Origin: Antechinus flavipes | Lineage: Eukaryota | Length of the DNA stretch: 64,000 nt | NCBI RefSeq assembly: GCF_016432865.1 | Contig: NC_067401.1 | Coordinates: forward strand, 181,598,001-181,662,000 | Direction: 5' to 3' | Shown: positions 40,949-55,762 of the stretch, one piece after another | Position numbering within the stretch: position 1 is the first letter of the stretch | Layout: each line of letters starts with the position of its first letter | Position numbers and translations under genes: made by a program | The notes under the pieces: generated by a model | Seen by the model: the letters and a program-made list of their open reading frames with translations, nothing else | What the model was told of the DNA's origin: nothing | The model's database searches: none

Positions 40949-42049
40949 CTGAGATTCATTTAGTTATAATATAAACTGCCAAAAGACATGAGCTGGCATC
41001 AATAATCGAGAGTGGGGACGGAAAAGGCGGGAAAATGCTAGAAATATGCAAATTTAAAGCAACTACATCCATCAGTTGGACAAAGATAACAAAAGAGGAA
41101 AATGAGAAATGTTGGAGGGAAAGTCACATTGTTGTACTGCTGAAACAGCTACAAAAGGGGCACAGATTAGTCTTCACTAAACTGATATGCTGTGCAGCTG
41201 GGACCCTTTCAGAGAAGTAGATCTATTTCTTCCCAGAGTCTACCTTCTTCAGACCTCCTTTATTCCCTTTTGCTTGTCTTACCTTATAACTCCCTACTTC
41301 CTTTAATGACACTCCCATTTGGCAAGGGATTATCCTCCATTTAATTTTTCGTCTTATCTTTTCCTGGCCCTTTATTGCATGCTTTGTCTGTAAAAAAAAT
41401 ATTTATAGGCCTTTTTGTGGTAGTAAATTATTAACTGAGGGGATGTCCATGAATTAAGGAATGGCTGAATAAGTTACCATATATGAATGCAATGGAATAC
41501 TGTTGTGCAATAGGAAATTATGGACAGGAAAATTTCAGAACAATATGGAAAAACTTGTATAAACTAATGCCACGTGAGATGTGATCAACTATGAATGACA
41601 GCTCTTCTCAGCAACAAAATGATATAACAAGTGCAAAGGATTCGGGAAGGAATATGCTTTCCCTGTCCACATAAAGAAATATCTATGCAGATAAAGGCAC
41701 TTTTTCTATTTATTTATTAGTCTTAGTAGCATTTTTCATTTTGATCTTTTCTTTTACAGCTGTGATTAGTATTGAAATATGTTTTACTTGATAGCTTATT
41801 GCTTATTATTTTAGGAATTGGAGAGGGAGAAAATTTTGGGAGTCAAAATGCTAAAAATTATCTTGAGGTATTTGGGAAAAAATAAAACACTAAAATTTAA
41901 AAATCTTATAATCAAACTAAAAATTATCAATAATCACAATTTCACATAACTTTCATGATTATTCAAGTTAAATACAAGAGAAATTAATATGCATGTAGAA
42001 CCCAAAGTATACATACAGAAGTTTGCATTTTTATAAATGACTGTTTACA

Positions 42050-43457
42050 AATGACTGTTTCTGAGTGACTCTTTCAAACACATCGGATAAAGCCAGTTCA
42101 ATCTCTCTCAAAGCCTCTTGAGCTTCTTTTGTAAGCTGGCATGGTGAGTTTAAAGCACTGTCTCCCTTAAAATGTCACATAATGATTGCAATTAATAGGG
42201 AGTCAAGCCTAATCCTGGACACATCCATTGAATATCTTCTATCAATTTCTGAAAGTCATTTAAGATGTTTAGCTTCTCTGTTCTTAGCAAAAGTTTTTGT
42301 ACTGTGAGCACCTTAGGGTATATACTTCATATCCTAAATATTGAAAAGGAGCATGTTTTTGAATTTTTTTCTGAAGCTATGTGCAATTTGTAGTTCCTTA
42401 GTGTTTCTATGGTCTTTTTTTACACATATTTTTAACATTTGTTCCTCAGGTACACATCCCAATATATCATCCATGTAATGTAATAACATTACTTTTGGAA
42501 ATGCTTTTCTTACTGGAGTAAGAGCAGCAACCACATACATTTGACACATAATACGGCTATTTTCCATTCCCTGTAGCAAAACTCTCCAGCTAAGTTAACG
42601 CTGGGCACTGAAAAGGCAAATCTTTTCATATCTAGAAGGATAGAATAGAAACAATCCTTAATGTCTATAACCCAAAGAGGCCATTGAGTAGGAGATGGAA
42701 GTCCAGGCTGAAGAGTTCCCATAGTTTCCATCTGTTCATTTACTTTTCTTAAATCAATCAACATCCTCCATTTTCCAGATTTCTTTCTTACAACAAATAC
42801 AGGGAAATTCCAAGGACTTGTCCTTGGTCAAGTTGGTCCTGCATGTTATCTAAAAAGGACTGAATTTTATCATTAGCTAAGGGCCACTGTTCTATCCACA
42901 CTGATGTATCATTTTTCCATTGAATAGGAGCAGGTGAGAGTGTTGGCAGTCCTTTAATAGCAGGGCTGCCTAAAAAAACCCGAAGTACTCATTTTTAATC
43001 CCAACTGTTATAAAATGTCTCTTCCCCACACATTGATGGGGATTTTTTTCAACTATAAAAGGAGGAAAAAACTCCTGTTTCACCTTCAAATATCCATCTC
43101 AAAGGGGCAACACTAACTTCAGCTGCTATTGATCCTCCTATGCCAGACATATAGGTGTTTGCCTTAATCTTTGACCTGTGACTGGGCCAGCTGGCACCTC
43201 TAATGATTGTACGATCTGCACCTCTGTCTACCAATCCTTCTGGTAGTATGCCATGTATATAGCGAGTGAGCATAGGTAGGTCAATTGTAACTGCTGCAGT
43301 CTAGAATATTCCTGGATGCTATTACTTGGAGTCAGAATCTGGGCAGCTATCACCAGATTGCCTATTAGGAGTCTGTATCAGTAAACCTCATGCTACTACT
43401 TCTGGTTGATAAATCACACATTGTCTAACTGTATTAGTGACCAGGTTATTACCTACA
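42050..43457 (-). mobile_element. Class II (betaretrovirus-like) ERV protease-RT relic
   Basis: Protease GLVD(R)GAD..I...WP...GIG; RT motifs [41 protein letters not shown] and thumb LNDFQKL; frameshifted. Confidence 0.88.
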
Positions 43458-43949
43458 TGTTCTGGGCAGAACTTAAAACAAGGTGCTAAGTCAGTGGAAT
43501 TGATAGAGACAATAGTTATCTAATTTAGCATGATGCTCAACAATTCTCTTGTTCAGTACATGTACTTAATACTTGCTATAGTTCTACAAGATTCACACCT
43601 TTGATTAGAGAAGATATAAGCTAGAACAAATTCAGCCAGAATCAGAAAAAGAGAAAACCAGAGAAGTGGTGGAAAGCTGTCTTTCTTCGCTTCTCCACTG
43701 AAACCAAGATCTGGAAGGCCTCCAGAAAAACTAGTCGAGCCCTAAGTGAAGGAGACAAGACTTTGAAGGAGGCAATAACTCCAAAAGGCCTTTAAGAAAG
43801 CTAGCCAAGCCCCAAGTGAAGGAGATAAAACTTGGAAAGAAACAATAAAGTATTTGGACTTTAATCCCTGACTGCACTTGTGGTAATTACTGAACTGAAA
43901 GGAAGACTGCCCCAGAGACCCCAAGGAAACCTCAACAGAGAATATTACA
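43458..43949 (+). mobile_element. LTR, family B
   Basis: Shares ttgatagagacaatagttatctaatttagcatg and the aaggagacaaga repeats; opposite orientation to the adjacent pro-pol relic. Confidence 0.75.
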
Positions 43950-43958
43950 TTTTAGAGA

Positions 43959-44458
43959 NNNNNNNNNNNNNNNNNNNNNNNNNNNNNNNNNNNNNNNNNN
44001 NNNNNNNNNNNNNNNNNNNNNNNNNNNNNNNNNNNNNNNNNNNNNNNNNNNNNNNNNNNNNNNNNNNNNNNNNNNNNNNNNNNNNNNNNNNNNNNNNNNN
44101 NNNNNNNNNNNNNNNNNNNNNNNNNNNNNNNNNNNNNNNNNNNNNNNNNNNNNNNNNNNNNNNNNNNNNNNNNNNNNNNNNNNNNNNNNNNNNNNNNNNN
44201 NNNNNNNNNNNNNNNNNNNNNNNNNNNNNNNNNNNNNNNNNNNNNNNNNNNNNNNNNNNNNNNNNNNNNNNNNNNNNNNNNNNNNNNNNNNNNNNNNNNN
44301 NNNNNNNNNNNNNNNNNNNNNNNNNNNNNNNNNNNNNNNNNNNNNNNNNNNNNNNNNNNNNNNNNNNNNNNNNNNNNNNNNNNNNNNNNNNNNNNNNNNN
44401 NNNNNNNNNNNNNNNNNNNNNNNNNNNNNNNNNNNNNNNNNNNNNNNNNNNNNNNNNN
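43959..44458. other. Assembly gap (500 N) covering the H4 5' half and promoter
   Basis: Run of N ending inside the H4 CDS. Confidence 0.99.
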
Positions 44459-44610
<152 letters not shown>

Positions 44611-44655
44611 GGTAGTCTCCTCCGGCTTCCCGCGCCTGCACGCATACCCACAAAA

Positions 44656-44671
44656 GGCCCTTTTCAGGGCC
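44656..44671 (+). terminator. Histone 3' stem-loop of second H4
   Basis: GGCCCTTTTCAGGGCC followed by CAAAGAGTTGT. Confidence 0.93.
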
Positions 44672-46214
44672 GCCCATCTCTTCACCAAAGAGTTGTGCTA
44701 GTAACATTTTGGCTGCTAATGTCCACGAAGGAGTTTCTAAATGCTAGCCGTCAGACGTGAATGTCTTAAGTGGTCTTGGAGGCTCTGCACCGGGGAATTT
44801 GCACTTAAATGATTTAGAGGTCCATGTTCTGGACATCAAACGCACTATCAGCTACAGATTTCATACTGGGAAGAGGATGAATATGCATCTTTTGAAAAGA
44901 AACAGCACTGACCGCTCCCGGCCCAGTGGTTTCCAGAATTTGCCAATAGGGTTTATAAGACTCAGACTTGTTTCAAAACTGAGATAAGTATTAAGGGAGA
45001 AAGATTTATCTGTCATCTATCTTTAAAAAGTTACATTCGTTTTCTCTATTTTTACCCTCACAATATATTTTCTAATAAAAATGATTACAATAAATCCATC
45101 TAATGACAAGTGATTCGTTTTGTTTTAACCAGTTAAAAGTTGGCTGAATTCATAAGCTGAAGCAATGAACATCCAAGAAATTACACCAACTTTTATGTAT
45201 GTTCCTCTCTGGTACATTCATAACTGATGTATTCAAATGAACCATTTGCAAACATTTGTTTCAAGACCTACTAGGCTGGAACTAGAAGCCGCGGCCCGAG
45301 TGTGAAGGATTTGACAAGGTAAATTTCTATTTTCTCCTTCAGGTAATAAGGGGCCACTGAAAATGAGTGACGTGCTCAAAGCCAAGCTTAAGCAGATTGA
45401 CTTTCAAAAGGGCCTGGAGCCATGCACATAATACAAAAGATGTTTACCAAGTGTGGCACTTCCCACTTCCACCCTGGGTAGGGTTGTTGAAAGCTTTCTC
45501 TGGGGACTTGGGGCAATCTTTCATATTGCATGGAACAAAATGCTGGTATGATGTAATTGTGCTCTTTTGGTCACTCAGGGAAAGCCCTGACTATAAGTTC
45601 CTTTCCGGTCAGCCCGATATCAGACAGTTGTTTTATTAGAACTACAGTTTTGCCCAATAGCAGACTGTTCAGTCAAGAATCCTTCAATACTGAAAAGGCT
45701 GAACATTATATTTGCTTGGCTTCATTTAAAATATTTGCATTCCTTGTTTTGACAGGGAACGTTTAAGAAATTCTATTGGATAAAATATGATGAATCATTT
45801 TCAATGTAAAAGTAAAAATTAAATGTTTTACTTTCTAATTGGCAAGATAACAGATGTGTAACAGATCTGCAAATTCACCTTATGAGATTGCATATACTGC
45901 TCATTTTGCCATGCTAAAGCCCAGGAAAGTAAGCCAGTAAAGCCTGTCAAGGCCTAGTCTGTTCCTCTCAGAAAAAGTTGTATTTATCTCTTGTGCCTGA
46001 TGCATGCTCTGTTTTTCTTGAGCAATTGCTCTGAGTGGATCAGGGTCAGAGTAAATATGAAACTTTTTGGAATGCTAAATTACCTTATAACCAGCGTTTA
46101 GAATAACTGGTACCTAGGCCTAAAACATAAAATTCCTAACAATTTCCATTTGCTAATGTCAAACTGCTCAACAAGCTGCTAGGCCACATGGTCAATGTTA
46201 ACTATAACAATATT

Positions 46215-46680
46215 TGATGTGTCACAGTTTCCCTAATTGTTCTGTCTCAATTGCCCTGAATGATTCTGCCTCAGTTTCCCTGGTTGCAAACCCCTTTTCT
46301 GCTCATTAAAACTGACATAATTAGGGTTATGGAGATCTGACATTCCAGAAGATAAGACTCCAGATGTCCTATCTCAGATACCATATTGGCATTGTTTATA
46401 TCTCTCCCAGTTAGTAAGAATTTATGGTCCTATCCCCCCAAGCTGTTAGAACTGGAGATTCCTGTTCGTCAGAGTTTGGACTCCATCCCCTGCCTTTGTT
46501 TAGCTACCAAAGCTTAGAGCCAAGGGTATATGTTTCATGGTAAATGGACATTCTTGGCTGGATGCTTTGGACATCAGCCCTGGGGGCATTGTGCCCCCAG
46601 CACAATCTCTCCTCAGAAATCCAAATAAAATATTAAAAACTCTCTAATCTCTATCTTGCCTCTGTTTCTCCTGCATTACA
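46215..46680 (+). mobile_element. Solo LTR, family A
   Basis: Perfect 4-bp TSD TATT. Confidence 0.88.
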
Positions 46681-47790
46681 TATTTGGATTATTCTATTAC
46701 CTCAAAAGACTGAGAGCCATCACAAAACCTAGGATAATAATAATAATGAGAACAATAATAAGGATGATCATATAAGATGATAAAATTTAGACTCATCTGT
46801 CTCCAATTATACAAGACAAAACCTGTCTATTTCCTTTGAACAATTATGGCAAGCTCTATAGAAAGGTTTGCACTTATTGTCGTTATTATTAAGCTTCTTC
46901 TAGTGAACTACTAGAACCTTATGCCACACACTTCTTTCTGAATTTTTCTTTCCTATAACCTATATTATAGGTAGTATCTTTATAAACTATACATAAGTAC
47001 TCTTTATTCTAGTTTTTGTTTTAGGTCACCATATCCATTATAATTTTTGTTTACCCTTAAGAATTTCTTTACGTCCGCAAACATTGTCTGGGTAAATTAA
47101 TAGACCTTTTTAACATCACTAAATATCTCTTCTATAGGTTGCTCCAGAGCTCTGTTAAACACTTTCCTATAGTTTCATCTTCCTTTGTGTTTTGCAAACC
47201 ACTCCAAAACACAGATAAAATCTTTTTCTTCTCACCAAATTTTCCGTGTCCAGATTAAAAATATATATTAGGTACATTGCATATTATAAGCTAATTGCAT
47301 AGTATTTTAACTTTAAGATATATTAGTATGCTGTCTATTAATGTTTAACACGATTATAACAATCATGTAACCAGTATATTTTAAATTATATTAAGTGTAT
47401 ACACAAATTATGCACATATGTACATATATATAACTTTAATATGCGTGAAGAGAGTATTAATTTAAATTGGGCGAAGAGAAAAAGACTTTCTTCATGTTTT
47501 GGGGCGGTTTGCAGAGTAAAGAAAAGAGACTATAGGGAAGCATTTAAAGGAACCCTGGAGCAACAACTGAAGGCAAAGAGAGAGAATGCTCTCCCTTCCC
47601 AAGAGTATGTGCAGGAGGAAGGTTGGAAAGCGGGAAAACAAAAAAACTAAAACTTAAAAGACAATTCTAACAGGTTCTGCTTAAAAAGGGTGGAGAGAAT
47701 AAATATCCAATTACATTGACCAGTTACTTCAATTTAATGCCGCAATGTTGTTTAACTATCCAATCAGGTTGCTCTTATCTCTATAAATAG

Positions 47791-48288
<498 letters not shown>

Positions 48289-48324
48289 AGTCAATTCGAA
48301 GACCGTTGATTCACAATTTAAAAA

Positions 48325-48340
48325 GGCTCTTTTCAGAGCC
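48325..48340 (+). terminator. Histone 3' stem-loop of H3.2
   Basis: GGCTCTTTTCAGAGCC; AAGAAAGCTGT downstream element. Confidence 0.95.
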
Positions 48341-49026
48341 GCCTACTTTGTTTTAAGAAAGCTGTAATTTACTTGGAATGGCAAACCTTTTAGCATAACT
48401 ATTTCTGTTCCCAGCTTTAGTATTGGGCTAGACAGCAATATCTTGAGGGACTTTTCAAAGTAGTGGGTGTGAAGCATTGCATTATCAGATGACAACTGGA
48501 CTGGTAGCTTGACTGAAACTACGGGAAGGAATGGTAGCGGACCTAAAAATAAACCTAGTAGTACATTCTCAAATGTCGACAGATAAGTGAAATACAGGCT
48601 TTAGCTACATTTATATATTTAGGACAACTCATCTCCACTGGTGACTGAGAGCAATTAGAAATGGACAAAGCTCTATTTTGGAATATAATTGTAGATGTTA
48701 TAAGCACATACTGCTTTTTGAGTCGAATGTTAATAGTCTACAAGTATTTGTTAATTGCCTATTAGATGCCAATTAGTTAGAACAGTCATTGATCTAAAAG
48801 AGCTAGCAATTTGAAAGAAACAATATGAACGCAATGATGTACAAAAAATAAAATTTTAAAAAAGATTATACCGTGGTCTTTCAGAAGGAAGACACTTAAG
48901 ATTAAGAATTGGAAAAGGCTTTTCAAAAAATGAAACTTTATGTGAAATTGAAGGAAGCCAGGAATGACAGAGTAGAGTTGAGTTTCAGGCATGGGAACTT
49001 TTGATTAAAATGTAGAGTTGGGAGAT

Positions 49027-49810
49027 TGTTGGAATCTTTACAAACTGCTAATTCATTAGAGTTGATCTGATCTTACAAGAAGATGTTTTGGGCCAGAACC
49101 TGAAACAAGGTACTAAGTAGAACTAATTAGTACAATGCTTGTGTTTATACCTTTTCTCATCGAAGTTCACAAGTATGCCAGATTCACAAAGTAAACTTTG
49201 TAACTTGGTGAATTCACACCTCCCTTAAAGCTCTTAGGGCCAGAGAGCACTATGGGAGAAAACCCACAATCCCATTCTCTCAGAAGAGTTAGATATAAGG
49301 CCAGTGAAGAGAGATCTATTCCAGAATATATTCCACTTGGCTAGCTGGTCGAAGAAGAGAGTTCAGTTGGTTGGAGAGGAGCACTCTGGTGCAGACACAG
49401 AGCACTTTGAGAGATTTCAGCTGAATTACTCCCTCTCCGAGGCAAGAAGGAATATTTTCCACTTGGCTGGCTGGTGGCCGAAGAAAGAGTTTTCAGAGGA
49501 AGAAGCTACCAGTCGAGAGTTCAGCGGACAACCAGATTCATCTTCATCTCACACCACTGTGGTTGGTGGCTGGGCTCCTGCACTCCCCCTACTGAGACCA
49601 AACTGGTCTGAAAGACTCACCAGAAAGCTAGCCGAGCCCCAAGTGAAGGAGACAAGAGATTCATTCCATCTTTGGGCTGGCTGGAGGCAGAAGAAAGCAG
49701 AGGCAGAGGCTGAAGGACAAAACCCTTGGATTTGGAGATATTCGGAGGGCTCTAAGCTAAACCTGCTGTGTTTTAAGAAGAACAAGAACTCCAACATTTG
49801 AACTCCAACA
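49027..49810 (+). mobile_element. Solo LTR, family B
   Basis: TG...CA ends; 6-bp TSD GGAGAT/GGGGAT. Confidence 0.85.
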
Positions 49811-50559
49811 GGGGATGTGTACCAGAAACAGGAAGAAAGCCAATATCGCTGAATTACCAATTATGTGGACTTATGAGATGACTGGAAATGTAGGAAGAGC
49901 TTTATAACAGTCAAACATTTTTCATCAGTCCTCCAAAATCATGATCGATTTAAGGAAGTGTATGGAATGGAAAAATGAGATAAAGAACTTACAAGGATGT
50001 GTGAATGTTTTTTATTTTATTACTTCTGTATCTCCCTATGACTTAAGTGTGAGAGCTTCTATTTACTTAAATATAGGCACATTTACTTAACCTAAATTGG
50101 TGGTATTTATCAATGTCTGGCGTTGTTTAACCTATTAAACACTGTCAGCTTAGTTATCTGCTAATTTAATGTTTTCTAAAAAGCAGGTAATTTCAGGGAA
50201 AACTGAAACATTCCATTCCCACCATCATTTTTTTTTTTTTTTTTTTGACAGCGATATCCCATTAGCAGGTCCCACGCTTCTTAATGCTTTCTGATTTGTG
50301 GTGTAATCTCTTGTAATAGAACCTATAAAAACGGTATGTGTCTAGTATACTAACCTTCTGACCTTCCTGTTGTGAGTTCCTTTATTCCTCACAGCCTGGA
50401 TTGCCCACCACTCACGAGTTGCTATAATAAATAAAAATCTTTTCTGTTTTTTACTTTGAATGAATTCAAAGTAGTCATTTTTTGGTAGGAGTATTTTTTG
50501 TGTGTGTCCCACACAGAAGGAAGGAAAGAAAACTGATTAATTTTAAGTAAAATTAAGAG

Positions 50560-51030
50560 AGGCATAGCTTCCTGGAATAAGGAATAACTTCTGGTCAGAC
50601 TACATCTGTTCAATTTTGAGTAAAATAGATTAGTAAAGACACTTATAAACTAGATTACACGCAAATAAGAAATCAATAGTTTAAGGCCTTAAAAGTTCAT
50701 ATAAGTCTGAATAGGAAAAGAAAATGTTTATTCTGGAGAAGACTCAGGTAGACTTAGTAATCTTTGAGTACTAGAAAGGCTATCACATGGAACTAGGAAT
50801 ATACTTTATTTTTTCCCAAAGGCAAGAACTAGGAGCAATGACTGGAAATTTCAAATAAGCAAATTTAGATTATGCAATAAAAAGCTTCCAAAAATTAGAA
50901 TAAACTCAAAATGGAATTCATTTCCTTGGAAAGTAGTACATTCAGTCTTACTGAAGATTCAAAGCAATGTTTGGATGACTTCAGTGGTGGAAATTCTTTT
51001 AAGAGGATATGAGTCATATAAGATGGCCTT
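50560..51030 (+). mobile_element. CR1/L3 LINE 3' fragment
   Basis: gagaagactcagg..aggctatcaca..ggcaagaactaggagcaatgactggaaatt. Confidence 0.6.
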
Positions 51031-52003
51031 TAACTACAACGTTCTGTAATTCAATCAATGCTACTTCTCTGGGTCTTAGCTGTTTCATCTGTAAAATAAA
51101 GAGATTTAATTGGATGACTTTGAAATATATAGCATCTTACTCTGTCTCCAATCTGTGACCCCTTTTGTCCTGATTCAGAATGTATCATTGCATGCATGAG
51201 ATCCAAGCAGGAGTTTTATCAACTGAAGCAGGACCTCAAATGGATAATAACTCTAAAATGGGACTTACATTGTCCCTTTACAAATGCATCAACCTAAGGT
51301 AAGCAGATCATAGATTTAATGTGCTAATTATGAGTAATTTAAAGAAAAATGCAGACAGGGGATGATAAAAAAAAAAAATTTCTTTGGTGTTCAATAGCTA
51401 CCCCATGTGACTTATCAGTTCCCCAACTCATAACTATTTCCTAGAATCATAATATTATGTCCCTAATTATACAAATGAAGAGAGACAAAATGACTCACCT
51501 AATTCACACAAGGTATCACTAATTATTTCACTCCCTTCCCTTGTTCAGCATATACTATCTGCCACCTATTCTCCTGGAATTAATATTAGAATCAAAATAG
51601 TCATCATATAGGGGTTCTTAGTTTATTTAACTGCTTATTACTTAATAAGACATGTTTTTAATAATAATCCACAGCCCAGATTTGAGGCATACTGAATCAA
51701 AATGATGAGGTCTGAATATGATAAAATAGAATTCCTCTTCCATATTACAATCATTCAAATACTTGAACACAATATGACATCTTCTCAATCTTTATGCTAA
51801 GAAACCCTTTGGAATGATAGCGCCTTTAGGAAAACAATAAAATCAATCAAAAAGAAACAAAATAACTACAATTATTTAGAGCAGCTAGGTTGCACAAGAG
51901 CTGGGCCTGAAGTTAGAAAGACCTGAGTTCAGGCAGCTACTTACTAGCTGTGTGACCCCTAGCAAGTTACTTAACTTGATTTTCCTCCTCTATAAAATGA
52001 AGG

Positions 52004-52514
52004 TGTTGTGCCATAGTTCCCTTTTATTGTCCTGAGTAAGTTTCCCTGAATTGTTCTGCCTCAGTTTCCCTGAATTGTTCTGCCTTAATCCCCCTAGTTT
52101 ACAACCCCTGTCCTGATCATTAGGATTGACATAATTTAGGACTAGTTATTCTAAGATTATAAATTGTAAATGTGTAAACTCAAGATAAGGGGGAATTCAG
52201 ACTTCCTGGTTCCTAAACTCCTAAATCATCAAGAATTTATGATCCTATTCCCCACTCCCCAACTTGTCAGAACCGGATTGATGGTCCCTGCCTGGAGATT
52301 TCTTCTCACTAAAGTTTGGACTTCATCCCCCTTTGTGTACCTGAGCTTGGAGCTAGTATATATTTCATTGAGAACTCACATTTGCTGATGGATGCTTGAG
52401 ACATCAGCCCTGGGAGCAACATGACCCCAGCAAAATTTATCCCTCTCAGAAATCCAAATAAGATTATTAAAAACTCTCTAATCTCTATCTTGCCTCAGTT
52501 TCTCTGGCATTACA
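52004..52514 (+). mobile_element. Solo LTR, family A, inserted in a MIR
   Basis: Perfect 4-bp TSD AAGG. Confidence 0.88.
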
Positions 52515-52844
52515 AAGGTATTAATAGTATCTTCCTCCCAGCGTTGTTGTGAAGAGCAAATGAGATCATTATAAAGTACTTATCACAGTTACTGGCACAC
52601 AATATATCAAAGTTAGTTGTCATTTTTGGTATTGGTGTTATTAGTATTGATTTCCCATTTGTAAGGATACCACACAATAGAAAAATACACCATTAAATTA
52701 CCCTCCCAATGGACAGGAAATTTTAAGAAAAATATATGAGCTAATGTAGCGCATATCTAGCTAGATTGTGCAATTACAGCAGTCATACTTATTGGTATGC
52801 CAAAAGGTAAAAAGTGTACACAGGCTCCCTTTAAATATGTGAAG

Positions 52845-52860
52845 GGCTCTGAAAAGAGCC
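52845..52860 (-). terminator. Orphan histone stem-loop with downstream element and no histone CDS upstream
   Basis: CAAA GGCTCTTTTCAGAGCC CTTCA...AAAGGGAGC on minus. No histone ORF between 52860 and 53970. Confidence 0.85.
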
Positions 52861-53619
52861 TTTGAGTTCAAAATGAACTATAAGCTATAAGCGTCAATCA
52901 ATCTAACAGAAACTCAGGAGGTTCACAAGGACATCAAAAAAGTCTTGTTAAACTCTTAATACAGTATCTAGTCTTCACTTTAAGACTTTAGATGGAAGGA
53001 AGCACTGAAAAAACTTCCTAGATTACTGTAGAAGCTTGAGTGCTCTCTGGGTAAAACCCCTTCATTTTACACGTGAAACTGAGGTCCAATATTAAGAGGG
53101 TTGTGCTAGATGACAACAGGAAACAAAGAATAAACGCATGTGCTCTGACTCAAAAGCCTTGATCATCCCACCACACAATTCCATTTCTATTAAAAAAAAC
53201 AAAACAAAACACTCCTTACAAATGATAACCAGATTTGGAAAAGTTTTTCTTGCCCATAAATACATCGATCACCCAACTATTATTGTTTTAAGAGATAAAA
53301 CAAGTTCTTACTTTGAGAATTAGGATAGTTATTACTGAGTGAACGATTATTCGAAGTTTGCTGGGAAGTGTTTTTGGATGGGATGTTTTGTTTGTGTGTG
53401 TGTGTGTGTGACAATTTTGGATCTCCAAAGAGACATAACATTTGTTTTTTCCCCCGACCTGAAGGAAAGCTTTGTAATAGGGCCAAGTAGGATCTGCTGC
53501 AAAACGTTCGAGTAATAGTCAATTTCATTAACTAAGACAATGCCGGCATCAGCTTCGGTACAAAAATTTTAAAAAATATTCATTTAGGGCTCCCTTTTCT
53601 AGGGCCTTCTTCTAGACTG

Positions 53620-54369
<750 letters not shown>

Positions 54370-54422
54370 GACTGCCCGATTCTACTGTGGAGATCTGTAG
54401 AACTCAGCATTTTGAACCCAAA

Positions 54423-54438
54423 GGCTCTTTTAAGAGCC
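54423..54438 (+). terminator. Histone 3' stem-loop of H2A (53977-54369)
   Basis: GGCTCTTTTAAGAGCC; AAAGGGAGCT downstream element. Confidence 0.95.
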
Positions 54439-55597
54439 CCTCACATGGACAAAGGGAGCTTATGCACGCTTAAGTTTACAGTGATACCGTAAAGATAACT
54501 ATTTGTCGTATAATCCTTAGTCGGGTTGAGGGTGGGAGGGGCGGGATAAGGGTACAGGAAAAAGATCTGTAACGATTAAATATCCTGCCTGACAAATTGT
54601 CCCACCCTAAAAGTAACACAAAGACAATGGAGCTGGACAGGATGCTGTTTAGTTACACAGGCTTGCTCGGCTGTCTGATCCTGTTAACAGGAATTTTCTT
54701 TGCCAAAATGTAGTGATTTGCTATTCGCTTCTTTAGTTGATTAGGAACGGAGATTTTATTTCAAAAGGGTAAGTCTTCGTGATTTTTAAGGCACCGCACT
54801 TTGGCCGCTGCGCCACCTACCTGTGCTGGGAGGAGTGTTGAATATGTAACCTATAAAGGGTTTCTTAACAGTTTGCCGCGAATCGCTTTTGAAGGTCACA
54901 GACTTGACTCATTCAGAAATAGGCAAATGTATATTAAGCGCCTTTTTGACACTCACAGCATCATCTTAGAAAGGAAACAAGTTTTGAGTTCCACAGGAAA
55001 TGCCGTAACCCAGGTTTCCTGATTTCTAGAACTTTTTTTTTTTTTTTGCTAAGACTGTGGCCAAAGTTCCTGTACTCTTAAAGAATATCAGACCTAATGG
55101 CATAACATTTAGAAAGGTGACCCTCAGTTCACAGTAACACTAACTTGGAGCTAATTGTTGCCAGTAGCCCCACATCTCTCTGCATTAGACGGAAGTTCGG
55201 CCTTGGAGGAATTGATAGAATAGTGGATTTTGCCTCAACTGCTCTGTGACTAGAGCCTTAGTGATATCTGTCAGCAACAAGCTCTTGCTTCTCACCTCTG
55301 ACTTCAGTCCTGCCAGCAGCTGTCTCTGCTAAGTCACTTCTCATCTTAACATTTGTATCTCTAAAATTGATCCTTTGATATAAATCTTTTTTTTGAAATG
55401 TTGAGGCGAAAAGTTGAAAATTCAAATTCTATCGAAACATTCCGAAGTCATGCAGAGAAAACAAAAAATCCTGTTGCTTTCAATACTTGGAGAAAAATTC
55501 AGCCAAGTATAGAAATTGAAAGTCAAGTTGATGCAACTCCCAGCTGAGGAAAATTCTCTTTACCGATGCATGTCAACTTTTCTGAAATTTATTAAGT

Positions 55598-55742
55598 AAC
55601 TTGCTCAGGGTAATGCAGTTAGGCCCTTAAGTGTCTGACGGCATTTTTGAACTTAGGCCCTTAAGTGTCTGACGGCATTTTTGAACTCAGATCCTCCTGA
55701 CTTCAGAGCTGCTGCTCTATCCACTGCACCACTTAGCTCCTC
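55598..55742 (-). mobile_element. WSINE1-like SINE with an internal 34-bp tandem duplication (55620-55687)
   Basis: taggcccttaagtgtctgacggcatttttgaact occurs twice. Confidence 0.78.
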
Positions 55743-55762
55743 CGAAATTTGTATTCTTAATA

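Noticed and set aside
49304-49801. 165-aa ORF with internal repeats (FHLAGW.PKK)
   Set aside because: Lies wholly within a family B solo LTR with internal tandem duplications and has a non-ATG start.
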